Positions 55,881 to 64,000 of a stretch of DNA of 64,000 nucleotides are shown here, one piece after another (the stretch's first letter is position 1; every line of letters starts with the position of its first letter). The DNA comes from Callorhinchus milii. Lineage: Eukaryota. Both the position numbers and the translations under genes were made by a program. The notes under the pieces are model-generated. The model made no database searches. It was not told the DNA's origin and saw only the letters and a list, made by a program, of their open reading frames with translations. The stretch lies in assembly GCF_018977255.1 (NCBI RefSeq), contig NW_024705044.1, positions 1-64,000 on the forward strand. Direction: 5' to 3'.

Positions 55881-56619
55881 AAAACCCCACATACGATGGA
55901 AGTGTTATTGCCAAAATGATCCCAATGCTGAAAAAATATCTGCAAATTTCTCAAGTGGGATTACACGCAGCAGCATTGCCCGCTACGGTGAAAACTTGGC
56001 AGGACCCAGTCTTGAGACTCAGTAAGGCTTCCCTGGTTGAGCAGGCATACTAATTTTAAAAAATATATATTAATTATAATAACATTAATTAAATATCCTT
56101 ATCTGGAACCGATCGTATTCGCGTATCTGTAGTCCTTATTTTCCGCTTTTCCCCCATCGGTATTCAATGAAGGAAGCTCTCCTCCTATGAACATTGACAC
56201 GTCTAATTCCACGGCAAGGGGCCTGGTTAAAAGCAAAGTCAAGTGACGTTCCACATTCGGGAGCGTGGCTATATATATTATATATACATCGGCAAGGTGA
56301 CTCTCGCCAATGTCTGGTACTAGACGTCCGTGCTCATTGTTCAACTCCTTCCCCAAACGTTTATCCTCGCTGTGCTCGTTGGCGTCGCGTCGTGAGACGA
56401 ATTAAATTCGGATATCTCACAGGGCATTGCAACCCCTCTTTCTTCGCGATTTGAGAAACGGCCCCACGGAAGCGGGTATCACTGAGTCTACGTCTGAGAC
56501 CCCTTCAAAATACCCTGCCCTGCCACTGAGAGTACGGTTCACCAGATGGCAGTCGAACCGATATATATTTTTTTTATTTTACGCACCGTCATTTATCCAA
56601 ACCGAGTATCGCGCGGAAT

Positions 56620-56740
56620 GATTGTGCATTCATCGGTGACCAGGACTGAGACCATCAACTCGCTCCCCTTCAGAACCCAGCTTAATCACGGGGCAGCTGA
56701 AACCTGTATTCAAACCCAGGCCCTCAGCCCTTGCCGCCCT
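56620..56740 (-). mobile_element. Degenerate tRNA-derived SINE, possibly LF-SINE-related
   Basis: The minus strand has B-box-like GGGTTTGAATAC (~56706-56717) followed by GAGTTGATGGTCTCAGTCC (56643-56661). Confidence 0.35.
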
Positions 56741-57285
56741 CTGCGTCTCCCGACCGCTTAAGGCCGCCCGATCACTTCTCACGCGAGCGTCCCCCTCCTT
56801 CGGGCTCATCGGCGCAGCACGGCGGGGAGTTTGCAACATCCACGGTGCGTACTGGCACGGCGGGATGCTGTTCAGTGACGGGATGTTACAGTGCCATAGT
56901 AAGAGGCTGGGCTTGGCTGGTTTTCAAAAGAATCTCCGTGTGCAGCATCGCCGCAGTACGGAAACGCCCGACACAGCCTGTGCCAGATGCCATCAGCTAA
57001 TTGACATTGCAAGGCTGCTTTGCGGTACTCTGGCTAATTGGCTTTGAAAGTGCGCCCATCTCCTGGTGAGCCCAATGGCTCTTTTTTATTTCGCGTGCAT
57101 TTGCGAGTTCGAATTCTGTCTTCGCGGCCGGACCTCCTCTCTCCCGGTGTCCGTCTTTATTAATCCACTCGCACGCCTCCTATACTACAGCTCCCACGAG
57201 ACTCCTCCAACCCTCCTCTGTTTTATAGACGGTATTTGTATTTTTTTTAGAAACGACCAATAGCTGTGCCTATATGAAACGGGGT

Positions 57286-57480
57286 GGAGTGGTGGGACAA
57301 TGGTTAGTGCAGTGCGCTGCGAGCCCGGTGGCCTGAGGTTGGTTCCCGATCGCGGCTAACATCAGTGGCGAGTGATATCTGAACCGATCCTGGAAGCCCC
57401 CACTCTCGCCCACTCCCATACCCCCCACCACCCCCGTTCACTAACCAGCGTGGTGAAGTATGGTCAAACGACTCCCATGA
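57286..57480 (+). mobile_element. tRNA-derived SINE (head shared with the 60516-62052 copies, different body)
   Basis: ggagtggtgggacaatggttagtgcagtgcgctgcgagcccgg...ggctaacatcagtg...tgaaccgatcctg aligns to the head of 61726-61830. The 3' part instead matches 54914-54950. Confidence 0.65.
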
Positions 57481-57510
57481 CTACCCACTCCGTGACACAC
57501 TTTAAACATG

Positions 57511-58133
57511 TGTAGTGACATATAATGGGTCCCTACGGCGCCTAGCGCCATCTACCGAAAGAGAGAGGAATAGTGGGTATAGTAGCCCTCTGCCAGCAGA
57601 GTTTATGATGTCATGGAAGAGGTCTCTGGGGCTGGCAGAGTAGGGGGCAATTGAGAACGTAGTAGCCCGATTGGCCGGCAGGAGCATGTGGTGGGATGTA
57701 GGTGACAGAGGGGACACGCGTTGTAGGGCCCAGAACCTTCTCGTGAGTTCCAGAAGTGGGCGTGGCCGAGGGCGGAGCCAGGCAGGGGACACGTGGAAGG
57801 CGATCCAGAACCTTCTGGTGGGTTCTGGATGGGGCGTGTCCGAGGGCGCAGCGGGGCCACGCTGAGGGGCATAAAAGGGAGGTCCCGGGGCTGCATCGGG
57901 GCTGTCTGCTGGAATGGAACCCACCGTGCTGCGTCTTCTCTTCGGTCTTCGTGCTCGGCATCGTGGGTCAGGCAGTGTGCCGACTGCCTGACCCGTTTGT
58001 GTAGTTACCCGTGGTGGTTACCGGTTATGTAGTTATCCCGTTGTGGTTACTGGTTACGTAGTTACCCCGTTGTGGTCATAGAATAAACATGTTGCCTCCT
58101 GAATCAGTGTGTCTCTCAAGTGAACCCACTATA
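57511..58133 (+). mobile_element. Solo LTR (Gypsy-like), 623 bp
   Basis: Inverted termini TGTAGTG...CACTATA (one mismatch from CACTACA). It has TATA-like CATAAAA at 57870, AATAAA at 58082, a duplicated ccagaaccttct motif, and three tandem gtagttaccc-gtggt units at 58001-58076. Confidence 0.8.
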
Positions 58134-58639
58134 CGCATGTATCGCAAGGCTTCTAAAGACCACACGCGCACACACACAATGGTCCTTCAGGGCCCGCAAA
58201 GTGGCGGCTCAGCCGGAAACAAATCGCGAGATTAACTTATGGCGGCGCGAGACCACCAGGTGGGGGTTCAGGGCCATGCCGGGAAGAAATTAGGACGGCT
58301 TTGTGTCCGCGAGACACGAGACGAGATGAAGCCGTGAATTTGAGAACCCTTTCAGGTTCGTGATATTGTTCGGACAGCCAAAGAATGTGGGCTTGGGTGG
58401 GGACGTCGCTTGCGTGAGGGATGATGGAAGGTGACCATCAGTAAAGATCGTGGGTTCGGCCATGGGATGGAATTGCGCACGAGAAGATCGCCCGCCGAGG
58501 AGATGAGAATCAGAATCCTTATTTATTACTGGACGAATCCGATGAGCTTACAAGGCTCTTTTCACAGACATCCGGAGGGGATGGAGCGACGGTGACGGTG
58601 GGTGCCGGGTGGGTATTATCACACGGCGGGGTCGTGAGT

Positions 58640-58726
58640 GGAATGGCGACAGCTTTGGGAGGCCCTTCATCCAGCAGTGGATTGACCATGGCTGATGATG
58701 ATGATGACGATCATGATCATGATGAT
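58640..58726 (+). mobile_element. RTE-clade LINE 3' end
   Basis: atggcgacagctttgggaggcccttcatccagcagtggattgaccatggctgatgatgatgatga is homologous to 55331-55396 and ends in a (GAT)n tail. Confidence 0.7.
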
Positions 58727-59130
58727 TATACAGGAAGTACCGGCAGTAAGAAGGCGCATCGTGACACGCAGTCGCATGCACGAGGCCTGAGCAGACGTCT
58801 GTCACTTGAGCAGACTCGTCCCAAAAGGTTTTTGGAGGCCTGGGGCAAAAAATGTCCGGTGAGATCTCGCCTTGAGGGGCCAGGCTCCGTCAACCCTTTG
58901 TAGGGGGCCCCTCGGATCCGGAGGCCCCACGTGCCGAGCCCCCCAACCCCAACTGTGTAAGCTCTAGAATGTGACGGCTATGCCTTCATTTTTTTCCCCT
59001 CCACTTGTTTTTGCACGTTGACGACAGCGGTGTTCCAGACAAGCGTGGCATATATTGTGATTATCCATAAAGGAGGTTTTTGGGTTAGATCGCGAGTAAC
59101 ATTGGTCGCGAAAGACCACGTGCTAAACTA

Positions 59131-59378
59131 CAGGGGTGCTTCAAAAAAATGTTAACACTTTTGGAACTATCGTTTTAAATGGAAAAAATAACGGATAATT
59201 CACTGTGACATGATAACAAATGTAACGTTAATAGCTTCAAAAAGTCAAAGAGTATCCCACTGGTTCGCCATCGTTGTCAACGCGTGCCTGGAATCTACTC
59301 CAGGTGGTCTCCAGAGCCCGGAGGCAACATTTTACTGCAAATTCTCAGAAGTGTTCACATTTTGCTTTGACGCATTAT
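59131..59378. mobile_element. Internally deleted Tc1/mariner-like DNA transposon (MITE)
   Basis: Starts TA|CAGGGGTGCTTCAAAAAAATGTTAACACTTTTG. A degenerate inverted copy, cagaagtgttcacattttgctttgacgca, lies at 59346-59374. Confidence 0.6.
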
Positions 59379-59544
59379 GATAATGATGGAAAGTAGAATA
59401 AGAACAAAAACCCGGAAAAAGTTAACAAACCACACTGGGCATAGTTGATTTAAGTAAGTTAGGGCTGGGTTGGAGTTGGGCGAGGCAAACCAGCCAGCCG
59501 GACACACGGGCAGACAAACACACAGTCGCAGGGAGACTGAACCG

Positions 59545-59660
59545 CTCAGCTGATTAAATTGGAGGGTCCCCCCCCCTCTCTCATTTGCAATCCATCCCGC
59601 GATACGAGATGGCAGCTGCATATATAAGCGAGGGGGCTAATGCGGCTGGCTCCAGAGCGC
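59545..59660 (+). promoter_or_regulatory. Candidate Pol II core promoter for the agrin-like gene
   Basis: TATATAAG at 59621-59628, ATTGG (reverse CCAAT) at 59558-59562 and CAGCTG E-boxes at ~59548 and ~59613. CpG-rich sequence follows, with splice donors at 59963 (GTAAGG) and 60379 (CAG|GTGAGC). Confidence 0.35.
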
Positions 59661-60301
59661 AGTGTTCGCGGTGCACGGACGAAGGGTGGTTTTGTTTGTT
59701 TGGTTTTGTTTTATTTTTAACACCGGGGCTCAGCTACAACGCTTTAATTTGTTGACATTACACGAGCGTCATCGCGCGTAACAGAGCGCAACGGACGCGT
59801 GGACAAAGTTCGACCCGGTCACAAACGGAGCGTGGATCTCGAGTCGTGTCGTAGGAGCGCAGTTGGCGTTGTGATGGTGCCCTGGACAGTGACGCTGCCG
59901 ATCTGCTGAGTCTGTTCGATTTTGCCCGGGCGCGCCTCCAACATCGTCGAGATCTGCAGCGGGTAAGGTCCCTGGGATTTCTCTCACCCACCCACCACCC
60001 ACCCAACCCTCACCACCGAACCCTCGCCAAGCCGCAGTGACCCAGGGCGGTGAGGGTGACGGTCAAACAACCTCCGCGGAGAAATAACACGTCTTTGAAA
60101 AGGGAGGAGACTTTCACTCCGCCAGCGGGTTGATTGACAGACAGGGGAGGTGGGGGGGGGCTTAGACGGACACTGGTTTGTTGGCGAGTAGCTGAGTGGG
60201 TGAGGGTGGGTGGGGAGGCAAGGTGTGAGCGGTGTGTGGGGGGGGGCGACAGTGACGCGTGTCTCGGAGGGGGGAGGCGCCACAAAGCTGCAGGTACGCA
60301 G

Positions 60302-60367
60302 GGTAGACCAGGCGGACAGGTAGACCAGGCGGATAGGTAACCTAGACACGGACAGATAGACCAGGCG
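60302..60367. repeat. Short 17-bp tandem repeat
   Basis: ggtagaccaggcggaca occurs about four times, imperfectly. Confidence 0.75.
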
Positions 60368-60515
60368 CGCGTGCACAGGTGAGCGCGAGAAGGGCAAGAG
60401 AGGCGAGGCGGAGAGAAGCGAGGGCGAAGGAACGGGCGGAACTGCTCAATGCAACGTGCGCGCACAGGTATGCAGGTGTGTGTGTGTGTTTTATAATCTG
60501 CTACTAATTATCTGT

Positions 60516-60760
60516 GGAGAGCGGTAGTGTAGCGGTTAGCGCGCTGCGCTACGAACCTGGCGACCCGGGTTTCGATTCTCGCTCACGGCAAACACCAGTG
60601 ACGATAATTATCTGTAAACATCGCCACTAGGGAGACAAAGGCGGCCGGGCGTGGTGTTGGCCACCCAACCCCTCGTGTGCCGTGCCGGCCTGTATAGGTG
60701 CTCGCTAACAGCACTTGCCCCTGCAGTCTGTTAAGGCTAGACGGGGGGTCGTTGTCTTTG
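60516..60760 (+). mobile_element. tRNA-derived SINE with Deu/Nin-like core, copy 1 (internally deleted)
   Basis: A-box tagtgtagcgg, B-box-like gggtttcgattc, core ggagacaaaggcggccgggcgtggtgttggccaccc, tail gcacttgccc...aaggcta...gtctttg. Confidence 0.8.
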
Positions 60761-60780
60761 ACAGAGACTTGTGTGTGTGG

Positions 60781-61094
60781 GGGGAGCGGTGGTGCAGTGG
60801 TTAGCGCACCTCGCGACGAACCTCCGATCGCCTGTGTTTGATTCCCCTCTCACAGCCAACATGGGTGACGAATTTCTTGCTCCTATCCTTGGCCCTCGCC
60901 TAGATTGACTCGGCCGCAAATTAGTAAATGGCGTGGCGTGTAAACGTCTCCACCGGGGGAGACAAAGGCGGCCGGGCGTACGGAGTGTTGGCCCCTCGCC
61001 CCCTCGTGGGATGGCCTTCATAGGTGCTGCTCGCTAACAGCACTTGCCCCAACAGTCTGTGAAGGCTACACACGGGATGTCTTTGTATTTTTGT
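60781..61094 (+). mobile_element. tRNA-derived SINE with Deu/Nin-like core, copy 2
   Basis: A-box tggtgcagtgg, with the same core and tail as copies 1 and 3. Its tail is the first unit of the adjacent tandem array. Confidence 0.8.
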
Positions 61095-61659
61095 ATCGGC
61101 ATGTGTCTCGGCGTGTGTTCTCTGAATGCACTTGCCCCAACAGTCTGTGAAGGCTACACGGGATGTCTTTATATTTTTGTATCGGCATGTGTTTCGGCGT
61201 GTGTTCTCTGAATGCACTTGCCCCAACAGTCTGTGAAGGCTACACGGGGTATCTTTGTTTTTGTGTATCGGCATGTGTCTCGGCGTGTGTTCTCTGAATG
61301 CACTTGCCCCAACAGTCTGTGAAGGCTACACGGGGTATCTTTGTCTTTGTGTATCGGCATGTGTCTCGGCGTGTGTTCTCGAATGCACTTGCCCCAACAG
61401 TCTGTGAAGGCTACACGGGATGTCTTTATATTTTTGTATCGGCATGTGTTTCGGCGTGTGTTCTCTGAATGCACTTGCCCCAACAGTCTGTGAAGGCTAC
61501 ACGGGGTATCTTTGTTTTTGTGTATCGGCATGTGTCTCGGCGTGTGTTCTCTGAATGCACTTGCCCCAACAGTCTGTGAAGGCTACACGGGTATCTTTGT
61601 CTTTGTGTATCGGCATGTGTCTCGGCGTGTGTTCTCTGAATGCACTTGCCCCAACAGTC
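61040..61659 (+). repeat. 85-88 bp tandem array (7 full units plus a partial) derived from the SINE tail
   Basis: gcacttgccccaacagtc starts at 61040, 61128, 61214, 61300, 61385, 61471, 61557 and 61642. Confidence 0.95.
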
Positions 61660-61725
61660 AACGGTGGCTTTGCAGGGGATGATTGAATATCGGTGTGTAT
61701 GTTGTGTAAGTATGTATGTGTGTAT

Positions 61726-62052
61726 GGGGAGCGGTGGCATAGCGGTTAGCGCGCTGCGCTACGAACCCGGCCACGCGAGTTCGATTCTCGCTCACGGCCA
61801 ACACCAGCAATGATTATTTGAACCGCTCCTGCGTCTCCCCTAGGTCGACTCAGCCTCAAATGAGTACCTGGTGACGATGTGTAAACATCGCCACTGGGGA
61901 GGCAAAGGCGGCCGGACGTTGTGTTGACCACCCACCCCCCACCCCTCGTGTGCCATTCCAGCCTTCATTATGGTGCCACTCGCGAACAGCACTTGCCCCA
62001 CCAACAACAGTCCTGCTCAAGGCTATACGGGTGACCTTTGTCTGTGTCTTTA
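61726..62052 (+). mobile_element. tRNA-derived SINE with Deu/Nin-like core, copy 3 (most complete)
   Basis: A-box tggcatagcgg, B-box gagttcgattc, core ggtcgactcagcctcaaatgagtacctg...ggcaaaggcggccggacgttgtgttgaccacccaccccc, tail ctttgtctgtgtcttt. Confidence 0.85.
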
Positions 62053-62099
62053 TCAGGGGTCGCCGAGTCTCTCATCTCCTGCAAAACGACCGCTCCACC

Positions 62100-62308
62100 A
62101 TGCCCGCGGCGTCACCGCGTGCGCTGCAACTGCCGTTGTTGCTGCTCCCGTTGCTCCTGCTGGCGATGTCCTCGCTGAGCAGCAGCAGCAGCAGCCGTGC
62201 TATGAGGGCACCCTGCAGCGGAGACAGCGCACGGCCACCGTTGTGCTCACGGGCACGGTGGAGGACTTCTTCAACGAGAGGCCGGCGCAGCGAACCTTTG
62301 GCTGCAGG
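62100..62308 (+). CDS. AGRN: First coding exon of agrin or an agrin-like gene: signal peptide plus start of the NtA (laminin-binding) domain, with an apparent 1-nt frameshift near 62163-62167
   Basis: Kozak CCACC-ATG at 62100 begins a hydrophobic leader, MPAASPRALQLPLLLLPLLLLA. The -1 frame (62165-62308) reads [48 protein letters not shown]. This matches vertebrate agrin as I recall it ([37 protein letters not shown]). Donor AGG|GTGAGC at 62309; candidate acceptor tttatcag| at 62056. Confidence 0.8.
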
Positions 62309-63039
62309 GTGAGCGAGCGGATCTCGGTCGCGCGCCCGAGAGAGGGGAGGGGGGTGGGGGGGGGCGTGAAATCTTTCGTGAAATATTTCAGGTGGGGTTT
62401 TTTTTTTTAAACATAAAGCAAAGCATTAAAAAAAAACGAATGATGAACGAAGCAAAGTGCCGACTACACCGAGCATCTTCTTGTTTCCTCTGATCGTTAA
62501 AAAAAAAAGAGGGAAAGGGAGAGAGACGAGGAGGAGGGTCTTGTGCGTCGTGTCAATTGTGCTAGTGGTGGTTGGTGGTGGTTGTCGTGGAGTCCGGTCT
62601 CATCAGAGGGCGCCACGGTGGCGAGATGTTAACTACCTCGCCTGGTATACAGGAGTTTTTGATCCCGACCCTGACGCCTGCTGCTGTATATTTGGAGTTT
62701 TCATGTCTTTCCCTCTCCCCGTGGTCGCGTGGCTTTTTCCCTCCACACTTGGAATCAACGTGTCTTTCAGAGTACTTGGCTGTGAAACATTTCCACGCGA
62801 CGATTATAAGCCACTTGGTTGAGCTATCATTTGTGATTGCCAGGTCGCTTCTGAAAAAAGAGTTCCATAGCAGCTCAGTGGGACCTTAGTTCTTGCGCAT
62901 GATGGCAGTGGCGATACGTTCAGCGGCTCGATGTCAACGTCCGAGGCCTGCTGATGACAACGACGAGAGGGCTTCAGCAGAGAGAGAGAGTTCGTGTCGT
63001 GTCGCTGTTCCTCGTCCGCTGAAGGAGCGCAGACCACAG

Positions 63040-63476
63040 TGGTTTACTGTGCGTGTCCAGAGTTTGGGTTGCATGGCCCGCAATCACACTGATGTGGCTT
63101 GTCTTTAATGTATCTCTATGGGTCTCTGTGAGTCTCTGTATCTGTATGTGTTTTATATATGTGTGTATCTTTCTCCGCGCCTCTATGAGTCTATGCATAT
63201 TGATGTGTCTCTATGGGTCTGTGCGGTTCCATAGCTTGGGTTGCATAGCGCGCAATACACTGATGTGGCTTGTCTTTAATGTATCTCTATGGGTCTCTTG
63301 GGTCTCTGTGAGTCTCTGTATCTCTATGTGTTTCTATATATGTGTGTATCTTTCTCCGCGCCTCTATGAGTCTATGAATCTCGATGTGTCTCTATGGGTT
63401 TACTGTGTGGGTCCATAGCTCGGGTTGCATAGCCCGCAATCACACTGATGTGGCTTGTCTTTAATGTATCTCTATG
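63040..63476. repeat. ~171-185 bp tandem repeat, ~2.5 copies (intronic)
   Basis: cactgatgtggcttgtctttaatgtatctctatg recurs at 63087, 63258 and 63443, and the spacers are homologous. Confidence 0.9.
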
Positions 63477-63506
63477 CGCCTCGTTGAGTCCCTATGGGTC
63501 TCCATT

Positions 63507-63710
63507 TTCTTTGGTTCTTTCGGTAAAGTCACGTAGATATAAAAAAGAATAATAAAAATAAAACCACGACGTTTCGATCGCTACGTCATCCTTATGACGA
63601 CGCTTGTGTGCGATCGAAACGTCGTGGTTTTTATTTTTCTATCTACGTGACTTTGCCGAAAGAACCGAAGAATGTGAATTCCTGCAGTCACGAAAGTTTT
63701 AAGTCAAAAT
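63507..63710. mobile_element. Inverted pair of Penelope-like terminal repeats with degenerate hammerhead-like motif
   Basis: 63507-63581 is the reverse complement of 63610-63672, apart from an indel in the A/T tract. Both strands carry TGACG...GCGATCGAAACGTCG. Confidence 0.55.
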
Positions 63711-63819
63711 TCTCTACGGGTCTCTATATATCTCTGGGTCTCTATTTATATCTACGGGTCTCTACGTATCTCTGTGTATCTCTATCTTCTTGCGGATGAC
63801 GATACATTCAGGGGCCGAA

Positions 63820-64000
63820 TGGTCATGCCTACGCGCCGCTTCTCGGTGGCAGCCCCAACAGTCTGGAACGATATCCCTCTGCACATTCGCAGCATCACCT
63901 CAATCGCCTCCTTCAAGAGACACTTAAAAACTCACCTCTACAATCATGCTTTTGAGCGACTCTGAGCTTGGCTCCGCGCCTCTGAGTTGCGACCACTACG
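63820..64000 (+). mobile_element. L2-clade LINE 3' fragment (ORF2 C-terminus)
   Basis: RRFSVAAPTVWNDIPLHIRSITSIASFKRHLKTHLYNHAF* is the characteristic L2 ORF2 C-terminal motif. It is 5'-truncated and followed by 3' UTR (gcgcctctgag). Confidence 0.85.

Noticed and set aside
60921-61740. Repetitive minus-strand ORFs, or a CRISPR-like reading of the 86-bp array
   Set aside because: The whole unit repeats with no unique spacers, no cas genes are present, and the ORFs are by-products of the repeat.
60516-61800. tRNA genes
   Set aside because: A and B boxes are present, but there is no intact cloverleaf and each head continues into a shared SINE body.
61950-62410. The two listed ORFs as complete genes
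   Set aside because: Both start inside the SINE and run to or past the splice donor; each holds only one half of the frameshifted agrin-like exon.
63053-63418. 121-aa hydrophobic ORF resembling a membrane protein
   Set aside because: It is a translation of the TG/TC-rich tandem repeat.

Overview
The window has three parts. (1) 1-3696 and (3) ~53705-64000 are repeat-rich eukaryotic genomic DNA, probably from a GC-rich, CpG-rich vertebrate such as a lamprey (an inference from the repeat types). They contain tRNA-derived SINEs, L2 and RTE LINE 3' ends, a solo LTR, a mariner-like MITE, a fold-back element, Penelope-like termini with degenerate hammerhead-like motifs, and several tandem arrays. 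(2) The ~50 kb from the 30-N gap (3697-3726) to ~53704 looks like random sequence. It has an even base mix and no repeats, microsatellites or recognisable proteins, and its longest ORF (180 aa) is about what chance predicts. I read it as artificial filler and found no biological system in it. The only recognisable gene piece is the first coding exon of an agrin-like gene (signal peptide plus the start of the NtA domain, 62100-62308). It has an apparent 1-nt frameshift, and its likely splice acceptor lies in a SINE tail. There is no CRISPR array, operon or intact RNA gene.
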